Virus record (IMG/VR): IMGVR_UViG_3300027806_000039
Coordinates: 9,310 to 73,309 of that record
Length of the DNA stretch: 64,000 nucleotides
Direction: 5' to 3' (one strand)
Origin: a virus
Of the stretch, positions 26,615 through 34,873 are shown one piece after another. A program made the translations under genes and the position numbers. The stretch's first letter is position 1. Each line of letters starts with the position of its first letter. The notes under the pieces are model-generated. The model made no database searches. It saw only the letters and a list, made by a program, of their open reading frames with translations, and was not told the DNA's origin.

Positions 26615-27193
26615 TCATTGAGCCCCCACCAACGGTGCCGCAATGCCTAGGTCGGCGAGCGTCAGCACGGCGGGATCGCACTGCTGCGGGGAAACCAGCC
26701 ACGAATAGGACCGACCGCTCGGGTGAATCGAAGGCGGCAGCACGCTCTGCGCTGGCCTTCCGCCCATGCGTATCTCCAAGCCACCACGCTTTACCCAGCC
26801 GCGAGCCGGCAGCGGGTCCGCAAGGCGAAACAGGTGGTGCATGCCACGCTGGCTCGACCAGCACGGCGTCTCGATCTCGCAGAGCGGCGTGCCGTCTGCC
26901 GTCTCAAGCTGGCGGAACATCTCGCAGCCCGCGATGTCGTCGTATTCGATGTCGATCAGCCCGCCCGATCCGCAGAGCAGCCCGACGTTGTCGCCGGCCG
27001 CGAGCCACGCGGCGATCTCGGAGGGGTCGGAACTGGCGAGCGTGTTCCACGCCATGCCGAGCGGCGTCTTGCCGCGACGGGCAACGCGGACGCAGGAGGC
27101 ACCGCAATCGAGCAGGGCGAGCATGTCAGGGTCGAGGGGCATCGGAGGGGCTCCAGGGTCATGGGCAAGCTTGGTTTCGTACGATTCGTGCAT
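26615..27193 (-). CDS. Bifunctional primase/polymerase (Prim-Pol) N-terminal domain, stand-alone
   Basis: GKTP, NVGLLCG..GLIDIEYD, RGMHHLF, QSVLPPSIHPSGRSYSW. Confidence 0.85.
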   Translation of the reverse strand: MHESYETKLAHDPGAPPMPLDPDMLALLDCGASCVRVARRGKTPLGMAWNTLASSDPSEIAAWLAAGDNVGLLCGSGGLIDIEYDDIAGCEMFRQLETADGTPLCEIETPCWSSQRGMHHLFRLADPLPARGWVKRGGLEIRMGGRPAQSVLPPSIHPSGRSYSWLVSPQQCDPAVLTLADLGIAAPLVGAQ

Positions 27194-27219
27194 ATGTATA
27201 CGCAGGTCTTTGCATATCG

Positions 27220-27465
27220 TCAACGGACAATTCCTAGGGCAGCGTCGGCAAGGTCGAGAGTCGCCCTGCCAAGCTGCCGCAGACGCCCAGGCTCGGGATG
27301 CGGCTGGGGCATCGGCTGATAGGCAGGCTGGGCGTAGGGTTGCTGGCTGGCGATCCGCGTGGCGATCTCCAGCATGGCGAGCCGCTGGCGGGTCTCGACC
27401 AGCATGGAGCAGCCGGCGGCGAGCACGGCGATGATGAGCAGGGCTCGAAGCGTATCGTGGATCAT
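27220..27465 (-). CDS. Small membrane/lipoprotein
   Basis: LLIIAVLAAG-C lipobox-like segment. Confidence 0.6.
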   Translation of the reverse strand: MIHDTLRALLIIAVLAAGCSMLVETRQRLAMLEIATRIASQQPYAQPAYQPMPQPHPEPGRLRQLGRATLDLADAALGIVR

Positions 27466-27546
27466 GGCAGTCCTTTGTGTGTTCGGTTGCCACCCGTTTC
27501 GCGGCTGTCGGCTGGCCGGGTGGCCCCACCTAAATAGTCGTTTCGC

Positions 27547-27744
27547 CTAGCTGGCACGCGATGGCAGTCTGCCGGCATTCCCCTCCAGCACAGCCCGTTC
27601 GTATTCGGCAATACGCAAATTGCGGCGAGCAGCTTCAGCGAGGGCCGCCTCCTTGTGGCTCATCCGGCAAGAAGGCTTGCCCTGCACGACTGCCAAGTAC
27701 CACCCGCGACTATCTCGAAACACCTTCCAGTTGACGCTCTTCAT
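27547..27744 (-). CDS. Hypothetical protein
   Basis: GAGGA RBS after a GC hairpin. Confidence 0.55.
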   Translation of the reverse strand: MKSVNWKVFRDSRGWYLAVVQGKPSCRMSHKEAALAEAARRNLRIAEYERAVLEGNAGRLPSRAS

Positions 27745-27812
27745 TGACGTGTCCTCGTGTTCGTGGTGATGTTGCCCGCCGGCCCTGTTTTGCCGGCGGG
27801 CGAGCTGATTGG

Positions 27813-28055
27813 TCAGGCAAAGCAACTGAGTGGCAGGCGAATGGTCGCCTTGTCGATGCCGCGTCCGATTGAGCGAAAATCCGGGCTGACAGTCAGAACG
27901 TATTCACCGATGAGATGAGCCCACTCGACCTGCCGAACGACGTAGTGCCCGCCACCATTCTTGGTGCAAATCTCGTCGCCAGCCTTGACCGTGCATCCAC
28001 CAGCGACCATCTCGTCAGCCATCATCCGAATCCCCTTGATCGTTGCGGCGTTCAT
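27813..28055 (-). CDS. Hypothetical protein
   Basis: GGGAG RBS before MNAATIK. Confidence 0.55.
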   Translation of the reverse strand: MNAATIKGIRMMADEMVAGGCTVKAGDEICTKNGGGHYVVRQVEWAHLIGEYVLTVSPDFRSIGRGIDKATIRLPLSCFA

Positions 28056-28097
28056 CGTTTCGTCTCCCGGTTGGCGTCTGCGAGTCTCATTCGCTCG

Positions 28098-28134
28098 CAT
28101 GCCCCAATCATATCGGCAGATCATTGCATATTCA
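28098..28134 (-). promoter_or_regulatory. Promoter/operator copy 1
   Basis: TTGAAT-N17-TATGAT-TGGGGC-ATG; 28/31 identical to 28524-28554. Confidence 0.7.
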
Positions 28135-28175
28135 ATAGGGGTAAATGCCGGGGAAACTCACTTTCCGAAAATTTT

Positions 28176-28526
28176 TCAGCCGCCCTTGGCTTTGCGGGCG
28201 GGTCGGGCTGACTTTGCAGCCCGCTTGGCTGGCCTCTTGGGATCGGCCGTGGCGTCGTCGTCCTGCCCGCTGCGGTCCCGGCCACGCGGGAATCCCACGC
28301 CGGCAGGCCGCGCCGCCTCCTCTTCGAGGAACTTTGCCACGCTCTTCCTCTGGATCATCCAGCCGTGGCCCGGAATGAGCGTGCCAGCCAGCCGCTTGCC
28401 CTGCGGACGGGGCTTTTCTTCGTCATAAGCCAACCGCGTGACGGTACTCGGGGCGCGAGCCCCGATTTCCTCCATCACCTGCCGAACGGTCATGTAGCCC
28501 GCGAACGGGTTCGCCATTGCAATCAT
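28176..28526 (-). CDS. HTH DNA-binding protein (repressor/excisionase-like) with basic tail
   Basis: YMTVRQVMEEIG...STVTRL...WMI.RKSV; GFPRG. Confidence 0.7.
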   Translation of the reverse strand: MIAMANPFAGYMTVRQVMEEIGARAPSTVTRLAYDEEKPRPQGKRLAGTLIPGHGWMIQRKSVAKFLEEEAARPAGVGFPRGRDRSGQDDDATADPKRPAKRAAKSARPARKAKGG

Positions 28527-28560
28527 GCCCCAATCATATCGTCGGATCAGTGCAGATCAA
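28524..28560 (-). promoter_or_regulatory. Promoter/operator copy 2 (leaderless)
   Basis: TTGATC-N16-TATGAT-TGGGGC-ATG. Confidence 0.7.
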
Positions 28561-28754
28561 ACCGCCGTGGTGAGTCATGGTCGGCTTGGTCGGCAGCCGA
28601 CCACGACAGACCACACCCGCGACTTTCAATCCTCCCCTTTGCCTCCGGCGAGCCGATCCGCGTAGGATCGACTGCCGGGGCAAAGTTTCAACGGAGAGGG
28701 CTCCGATGAAGTTTTGTACACCTCGGTAGACTAGGGGCCAAAAGGAGGTGTGCG

Positions 28755-29666
28755 ATGACGATGCGAGAGTTGCTTGAGCGGTACGCATTGCTGATGAACC
28801 TGTCGGATCGGTCGGTGACGCTGTACGGTCACACCATCGACAAGATGCAGGAGTTCCTCGGGCGTGAGCCACTGGTCGCGGATCTCGAAGACGTGACCGT
28901 GTCCAAGTTCCTGAAGTGGCGGGGCACGAACGTGGCTCGCGGGCGGCTCGTGAGCCCGCACACAGTCGCCAAAGACCGCAGCCAGTTGCTCGCGATCTGG
29001 AACTGGGCCTGCAAAAAGAAGCTGCACCCAGGCGAGTGGCCCGGGCTGCCGCGACAGAAGAAAGTCAAAAGGACTCCGACCGCCTACACCTTGGACGAAA
29101 TGAGCCGTCTAGTGCGTGCCGCCAAGGCCCGACGCGGCAGAATGTCTGGCCTGCCGGCGGCGTGGTGGTGGGGGACGATTCTCCAAGCCGCATGGCAGAC
29201 CGGCGAGCGGATCGGTGCCCTGCTCGATCTGCGGTGGCGGGAGGTCGATACGGCACGGTGCAGGCTCGTGTTCCTCGCCGAAACCCGGAAAGGGCGCGAG
29301 CGGGATCTGGTCTCGCCCATCACGCCCGAGCTTGCCGCCGAACTGGAGTCACGTAGGGGCTCACCTGAAGCCCTGGTGTGGCCCAGGACGGGCCATCCGC
29401 TCTCGCACTACGCAAGCATGCGGCTGCTCTGCAAAACCGCAGGCGTGCCCTCCAGGGCGTTCCACGCGATCCGCAAGGCGTCAGCCTCCTACGTGGCGGC
29501 TGCCGGCGGTGATGCCACTGCTCACCTGGGGCACGCCGACCCGGCGATGACGAGGGGGCACTATCTCGATCCCCGGATCACCGAGACAAAGCGGGGGCTG
29601 GATTTCCTGCCGCCGCTGAATCTCTCCGACCCGCCAGCCGAAGGCGGCGACCGACCGGCGGCATAA
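28755..29666 (+). CDS. int: Tyrosine recombinase / integrase
   Basis: AAGGAGGT RBS; TGERIGAL (R), ETRK (K), FHAIRK (HxxR), LGH, HY; the only clear plus-strand gene. Confidence 0.9.
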   Translation: MTMRELLERYALLMNLSDRSVTLYGHTIDKMQEFLGREPLVADLEDVTVSKFLKWRGTNVARGRLVSPHTVAKDRSQLLAIWNWACKKKLHPGEWPGLPRQKKVKRTPTAYTLDEMSRLVRAAKARRGRMSGLPAAWWWGTILQAAWQTGERIGALLDLRWREVDTARCRLVFLAETRKGRERDLVSPITPELAAELESRRGSPEALVWPRTGHPLSHYASMRLLCKTAGVPSRAFHAIRKASASYVAAAGGDATAHLGHADPAMTRGHYLDPRITETKRGLDFLPPLNLSDPPAEGGDRPAA

Positions 29667-29734
29667 GCCGGGCACGGCCGGGAGATGTTGAGGAAAGGGA
29701 GGGAAACTCAACACCATCGACCGACCGGCCCGGC
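29667..29734. terminator. Long hairpin between convergent genes
   Basis: TGTTGAG/CTCAACA inner stem and GCCGGGC/GCCCGGC outer stem; no U-tract. Confidence 0.4.
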
Positions 29735-29962
29735 TCAGTCTCCGCGAATCAGCGACAGGTCGGGCCGCTCATCCCGCTGTGCAATCGTCACCGCCAACTT
29801 GCCCTTCACCCGCGACAACTCGAACAGCAGCCGCATGACGTGGGCCGCGAGTACGCCGCTCGTGCCCTGGTCCCAGCAGCCGCTGAACTTGCGGGCGTCG
29901 AACTCGCACTGCTGGAGATAGGCGTCGCTCAGCGGCTCGCGTGGCGTGTCGGGGTGGCTCAC
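29735..29962 (-). CDS. Hypothetical protein
   Basis: ARKFSGCWDQGTSGVLAAHVMRLL; GTGA-coupled. Confidence 0.6.
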   Translation of the reverse strand: MSHPDTPREPLSDAYLQQCEFDARKFSGCWDQGTSGVLAAHVMRLLFELSRVKGKLAVTIAQRDERPDLSLIRGD

Positions 29963-30078
29963 TTCGTCGCCTCCATGTATGCCGCCCATGCAGCTAGTTC
30001 GGCTGGCGTCAGACTGTCACGCAACGCGGCTGGCGTTGTGCCAAGCAAGGTGGCGAGGCGGAAGACGAAGCGGCTCAT
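29959..30078 (-). CDS. 39-aa mini-protein resembling the tail chaperone gpT extension
   Basis: MSRFVFRLATLLGTTPAALRDSLTPAELAAWAAYMEATK; overlapping start/stop at both ends. Confidence 0.6.
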   Translation of the reverse strand: MSRFVFRLATLLGTTPAALRDSLTPAELAAWAAYMEATK

Positions 30079-30581
30079 TCGCCACGCTCCTCGCGGTGCA
30101 GTAGCAGAGCGAGCAGCGAGTAGCTGGCGAGGTCGAACAGGTTGTCCTCCAGGCTCTCGTTCTCCAGCCGCCCGGTCGCGTTGTACGCGGCAAGCCTCGT
30201 CACCTTGTCGCTCAGCCGCACCATCGCCCCCTTCCACGATGGGATGCCCACGAACCGCGCCCCGTTGCGGATGTTTGCCAGCGGGTCTTCGCCGCTCGGG
30301 CAGCCATAGTCTCGACTCTTTTTTCGGTGCATTTCCTTCAAGGCATCGCACAGATCAAAGAACGCCTGGCTCGTCGGGTGAACTTCGCTCTTCAACAGCG
30401 AGTCGCCACGCTGCTGCTGGTCGTACGTCCTCGTCCACCCAGGCACCTCGGTCGGCTCTGGGTCGCCCTGGTCGATCTTGTAGCCCACGAGCTTCGGGTC
30501 GTTCGGATCGGTCGCTGCCATGCGGGCAGCGACGGCGTCGCGTAGCGTTGAGTTGGCAGCGTCGAGGAGTGCAGCAGTCAC
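30075..30581 (-). CDS. DUF1599 / nucleotide-modification-associated domain protein
   Basis: KKSRDYG..DPLAN...VRLSDKVTRL...ESLEDNLFDLASY. Confidence 0.8.
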   Translation of the reverse strand: MTAALLDAANSTLRDAVAARMAATDPNDPKLVGYKIDQGDPEPTEVPGWTRTYDQQQRGDSLLKSEVHPTSQAFFDLCDALKEMHRKKSRDYGCPSGEDPLANIRNGARFVGIPSWKGAMVRLSDKVTRLAAYNATGRLENESLEDNLFDLASYSLLALLLHREERGE

Positions 30582-31648
30582 TTGGATTCCTTTCGCAAAT
30601 CACGGTCGCAGAACAATGGGTACGCTTTCGTCACCTCTCGCCGCCCGTGGTCGATCACGATGGCGGCCTGGCACGGCGGCTCATAGGTGGCTTTGATTCG
30701 CACAGCGTACGCCGAGTGTCCAATCACACTGCCGTTCGATACGTAGCGGCCACCTCGCCCCCACGAGAACTGGTGCCAGTGGCCGAGGCATGTGAGGTCA
30801 GCTGGCGTGGTCGTGTTCCATGCCGCGATGGCCTTGGCGAGCGGCACATGGATGCCGCCGATGCCGCCTTGGTATCGGATCGCATGCCCGTGGCAGAAAC
30901 GAACAGTGAACCCATCAAGGTCGAGATAGTTGAGATGCCCTTCGCCAATCTGCCATCTCACGTTTGGCTTCGTCTCGGCGGCCCGCATCGTCAGATAGAG
31001 GTGATGTTCGTAGCTGGTATCGGCTTCGTTCGTCCGCAGCTTTTCAGTCGTTCGCCCGTGGTTCCCGCACGAGGTAGCCACCACCACCTCGCGGGCGTTG
31101 TCAGCCACCGCATCTAGGAAGCCACGCAGCCGTTCGCCCACCCAGCGAATCGCCGCGAGCGGGTGCAGGCTGTTCTCTTCGGCGAGTTCAGGATGGATCA
31201 TGCCGCTGATAAGGTCGCCGCCCATCCACACCACCACGCGGTCGATGTCGCACAGCGTCCGCTCGTGAGCGAGCATGGTAAAGAATCGTTCCTGTAGTTC
31301 GGTCAGCCTGGACTCGCACACATCGAGGTCGTAGGCGTTCAGCCCGTTGACCGTCTCGGGCCGCACCGTTTCCTCGCAGTGAATGTCAGATAGCAGTACG
31401 ACCATTGTGGCCGCGTGCTTCTTCGCCTTGGCAGTTTTGGTCAAGGCCCGCTTCGCCGGCTTGATCCCCTGGAGCGAGACAAGGGCATCCGCCCGCTCGC
31501 GTTCCTTGTCGATCTGGGCCAACGCCGCCTTATACCTATTTCGGTATGACGCCAACTCCGCACGCAGCCTCGCCAGTTCGGCGTCGGCAGCCAACTGCGT
31601 CGCGTCAGCCACGGCAGCGTCGATCTCTGTCAGTTGCTTGCGAGCCAT
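30578..31648 (-). CDS. Calcineurin-like metallophosphoesterase
   Basis: SDIH, GGD, GNHGR, HGH, GHWH motifs. Confidence 0.85.
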   Translation of the reverse strand: MARKQLTEIDAAVADATQLAADAELARLRAELASYRNRYKAALAQIDKERERADALVSLQGIKPAKRALTKTAKAKKHAATMVVLLSDIHCEETVRPETVNGLNAYDLDVCESRLTELQERFFTMLAHERTLCDIDRVVVWMGGDLISGMIHPELAEENSLHPLAAIRWVGERLRGFLDAVADNAREVVVATSCGNHGRTTEKLRTNEADTSYEHHLYLTMRAAETKPNVRWQIGEGHLNYLDLDGFTVRFCHGHAIRYQGGIGGIHVPLAKAIAAWNTTTPADLTCLGHWHQFSWGRGGRYVSNGSVIGHSAYAVRIKATYEPPCQAAIVIDHGRREVTKAYPLFCDRDLRKESK

Positions 31649-31887
31649 TCGGACATCCTCTTGGTGTCACAGACCTTCCACCCGTGCTTCGTCGCGTGAT
31701 CGACCAACACCCGAGCGAGTGCGTACCGCGCGATTTCGTACCCGCCCGCATGGAACTTGTCCCTCGCCGCCACCAGCAGCTGCTGTGCGTCGCTTGGCAG
31801 ACAGTCGAACCACGTCTTTCGACGCGCCGCCTCGGCGGTCACAGCCACTGCGGAGTCGATCTCGTCAAGCAGAGTTGCCTTTCCCAT
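31630..31887 (-). CDS. Hypothetical protein
   Basis: AAGGAG RBS; coupled to the phosphoesterase. Confidence 0.6.
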   Translation of the reverse strand: MGKATLLDEIDSAVAVTAEAARRKTWFDCLPSDAQQLLVAARDKFHAGGYEIARYALARVLVDHATKHGWKVCDTKRMSEWLASN

Positions 31888-31889
31888 CG

Positions 31890-32186
31890 CTACTCCTTTC
31901 GTCGCCATCCCAATCCCCATAGCAGACGAGCCAGATCCCGAGCGTGCTGGGATACCACCGACTCGTCATAGGACGGGTTCAGCGCGTGATACGCCTCGTG
32001 AATGAGCAGTTCGAGGGCGGCCCGGTTCGCTTTGCGGTACGTGCCCTCGTCAATCAGAATCCGCTCGTTGACGTTCGGATTCTTCTCGTCCGCGAGGAAC
32101 GTCCAGCCGATAGCCGAACCGCGCAGCCGCGTGAAGCGGATCAACCAGCGTTTCCCGGCGAGCGTGTAGGCGTGATCCTCTGGCAC
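31890..32186 (-). CDS. Small zincin-like metalloprotein
   Basis: LIHEAYHA (HExxH) followed by DESVV. Confidence 0.7.
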   Translation of the reverse strand: MPEDHAYTLAGKRWLIRFTRLRGSAIGWTFLADEKNPNVNERILIDEGTYRKANRAALELLIHEAYHALNPSYDESVVSQHARDLARLLWGLGWRRKE

Positions 32187-32222
32187 GGGCGTTCCCTTTC
32201 GCCCGTCACCGTACGCGGGGTG

Positions 32223-32684
32223 TCAACTCTGGGGCGTCTCTTTGCCCCACTTCCCGACCGGGCACTCGCTGTCGGCCCAAGAGAGCTTGCTGACGTACTG
32301 CTTCGCCCTGACGATGGGGCATCCGCACTTGGTGCAAGCCCCGTCCTTCATGAACTCGCAGCCCATACAGATGTCATGGCGGCGAAGAATCTCGGCGTCG
32401 CTTGCCATCGGCATCCCAGCGGCTACGTGCTGGGCAGCGGCCTTGGTGAAGTTTTTGATCTTCTGGAGAAACGAAGGGGCGTCAGTGCGGGTGAGGTCAG
32501 GGGGCGGTTCAGCGGGCTTCGGCGGCGTGAACCCCGGCTTCGGCGCACGCGGATACGCCGGGTGGTCAACGTCTACGGTGATCTGGTCGCCTTCTTCGCT
32601 GACGATGCATGGGCGCACTTCGTCTAGTGTGTAGCCGCGCTGTGAGCACCGCTGGAGAAGGTATTTTTTTGTTGTGGCGATCAT
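32223..32684 (-). CDS. Cys-rich hypothetical protein
   Basis: RHDICMGC...CTKCGC...K...CPVGKW. Confidence 0.7.
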   Translation of the reverse strand: MIATTKKYLLQRCSQRGYTLDEVRPCIVSEEGDQITVDVDHPAYPRAPKPGFTPPKPAEPPPDLTRTDAPSFLQKIKNFTKAAAQHVAAGMPMASDAEILRRHDICMGCEFMKDGACTKCGCPIVRAKQYVSKLSWADSECPVGKWGKETPQS

Positions 32685-33529
32685 GGAAGAGGATTGTTGT
32701 AGCCGCAAGGATCATCCTCGCACGATGTCGCTCCGTAGACAAAAACAGCCCAAGGCTCAGTGCAAAGAGCAGTTAGCTCGTCAATCGGCCCACTAACACC
32801 TGTGTAACGGCTTATGTTATCCCAACATTGCTGAGGGTTCGGTGCGGGCCAGCACACAACGCCAAAAACGTCTGTTCGCCCGCAAAAGTGATGGTAAGGC
32901 GGGCCGCTATTGTTTTCGGCGTTGGCTGAGTTGCAGCAAGGGATTCCGTCTGGGCACTGAAACGACACGACCTCTTGCCCATTGCCATATCTGCATGGCT
33001 CCTGCACATCGCACGTACCGATTGGATATGTAACCCATTGCCCGCAATTTCCGGTGCTAGTGCATCCCTCGGAATAGCAATATCCGTTGCACTGGCCGCA
33101 AGATGATGGGTATGTAGTACGGTAACAGCCACCCCAGCCATCAGACTGCCATCCTTCTGGACATGACTGCCCTTCTTCTACGTACATGTACTCATCGCAC
33201 TGAGTGTATTCACATTCCGTAACGCACTCTTCGCACTCCGCTTCGGTTGTGATCGTATGATCGACGGCACCACTCCTTACACACTCGCCGCCGTATGACG
33301 TTGGCGACGACGTATTGCAACCGCACCCAAGCACGCATTTGTTGTACTTGTCGCAAGGGCCGGAACATGGAGGCGAGACGCACTGCCCATTCACGCACAC
33401 GCACGGCGGCTGGCACTCCGTTCCGGTCGGGCAAGTCGCTGGATTGCACTGCCCGCAGCAACACCCCGACCCGCTGGCGAGTGCGCCGTTTTGCAGCAAC
33501 AACTTCCCGCCCTGGTTGATAAGACCCAT
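32681..33529 (-). CDS. Very Cys-rich putative tail-tip/fibre protein
   Basis: GKLLLQNGALASGSGCCC N-terminus, dozens of Cys; last large gene of the tail operon. Confidence 0.6.
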   Translation of the reverse strand: MGLINQGGKLLLQNGALASGSGCCCGQCNPATCPTGTECQPPCVCVNGQCVSPPCSGPCDKYNKCVLGCGCNTSSPTSYGGECVRSGAVDHTITTEAECEECVTECEYTQCDEYMYVEEGQSCPEGWQSDGWGGCYRTTYPSSCGQCNGYCYSEGCTSTGNCGQWVTYPIGTCDVQEPCRYGNGQEVVSFQCPDGIPCCNSANAENNSGPPYHHFCGRTDVFGVVCWPAPNPQQCWDNISRYTGVSGPIDELTALCTEPWAVFVYGATSCEDDPCGYNNPLP

Positions 33530-33978
33530 TACGAAGCCGCCGTTGAGCAAGTCGTAACCGAGATAGCCACAGTGGACGCCGTGCCCAGCGACGGCACGTT
33601 GATGCGGGCGAACTCAAGCGACGCAGTACCAAGAGTAGCGCCGCTGAGAGCCGTGGACGCATCCCACTGCCACTGGATCAAGTGCCATGCGGTGCCGTCC
33701 TTTGCGATGGCACAGTTACGCTGCCCGTTATCTGGCAGGCTCAGGAAGAGGTTTACTGCCAGCAGTGTCGCTGTTGATCCGCGCAGCGTTACCGTGTTCG
33801 TTTGATCCGCAGGCCAACTGCCCGTGTAGGTGCCAAGGCGGATCGCTTTCCTTCCGACATCATTTAGCACTGCCCCAAACGTTAGCGGCCTTGCCCGCCT
33901 CGGCTCCTGCTCCACCGCACGCACGACGCGGGCTATCCGCACCGCACTCGGAAAGTCAAACTGCGTGAGGTCAGCCAT
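33529..33978 (-). CDS. Putative tail protein
   Basis: RIARVVRAVE N-terminus; tail operon position. Confidence 0.6.
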   Translation of the reverse strand: MADLTQFDFPSAVRIARVVRAVEQEPRRARPLTFGAVLNDVGRKAIRLGTYTGSWPADQTNTVTLRGSTATLLAVNLFLSLPDNGQRNCAIAKDGTAWHLIQWQWDASTALSGATLGTASLEFARINVPSLGTASTVAISVTTCSTAAS

Positions 33979-33982
33979 GAGA

Positions 33983-34864
33983 CTAGATCGCTGGCGGTGT
34001 CACGGGCGGCGTGCCGAACAGTGAGGCAAAGTTCGCCTCGGGGTTCACGCGGCGGTTCAGGATCGCAGGAACGCCAAGCGTGAGCCCGCCGCTGCCATCG
34101 AGCCCCACCGGATTCGGGCTGGCGATCCACTCTGAGTTCTCGAAGTCGAACACCATCGCTCGCCGCTTCTGCCCGCCGCCGATGAAGTTCCAGCCGATGT
34201 CGGGCAACTGAAGATTGTGTCCGCTCTGCCGGTAGTGCAGTTCCGCCGTCGCCTGCCAGTAGCTCACAAGATTTGCGCCGAACTGCTCCCGCGTGGTCGC
34301 CACTTTCACCTTCTGAACCTTGATCGCGTGAGCCGGGCAGCCGAGGTACGTGGCGTTATTCACGCAGTTTTGCGCGGCGTACCACGACGACGGGAACTGA
34401 GCGAAGTTCTTTGACACCGTTGCGACCACCGTCGATTCTTGCGTCACGAGCCCAGGAAAGTAGTCGTACGCGCTATTGGTCAGCGGTCGCAGCGTCGTGC
34501 CATCATAGTAGGTGAGCGCCGGGACTTCGCCGGGCTGCGAGTCAAAGTCCCACACAGGCGAGCGATTCACTGGCGTCACGAGTTCGTCGGCCGTCACCAC
34601 GCCGTACTCGAACAGCACATGCGTGTGATACGGCGAGCCGTCAAAGCCCTCCGTGAGCTTCATGCTTCGCACGCGATGGTCGGTGTACGTCGGGTGCGAT
34701 GATCCCAGGTCGATGCCCAGGTGCGTAAAAATCTCGTTCTCGGCGGTCGGTGCAGTGATCGTGTCGTCAGACAAGATGCACACGAACTCCCGCGTGAGCT
34801 TGCGGGGCTGGCCGATTGCGTACTCGGCCTTGCGCGGCAGTTCTTTGGATGACACGACGCCCAT
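33983..34864 (-). CDS. Putative distal tail protein
   Basis: Follows TMP; PLTNSAYD, CVNNATYLG, PVGLDGSG. Confidence 0.65.
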   Translation of the reverse strand: MGVVSSKELPRKAEYAIGQPRKLTREFVCILSDDTITAPTAENEIFTHLGIDLGSSHPTYTDHRVRSMKLTEGFDGSPYHTHVLFEYGVVTADELVTPVNRSPVWDFDSQPGEVPALTYYDGTTLRPLTNSAYDYFPGLVTQESTVVATVSKNFAQFPSSWYAAQNCVNNATYLGCPAHAIKVQKVKVATTREQFGANLVSYWQATAELHYRQSGHNLQLPDIGWNFIGGGQKRRAMVFDFENSEWIASPNPVGLDGSGGLTLGVPAILNRRVNPEANFASLFGTPPVTPPAI

Positions 34865-34873
34865 GATTCAGCC

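Noticed and set aside
28691-28700. ACGGAGAGGG resembling the reverse complement of a tRNA-Ser 3' end (possible attP core)
   Set aside because: Only about 10 bp and no T-loop GTTCGA; too short to call a tRNA or att site
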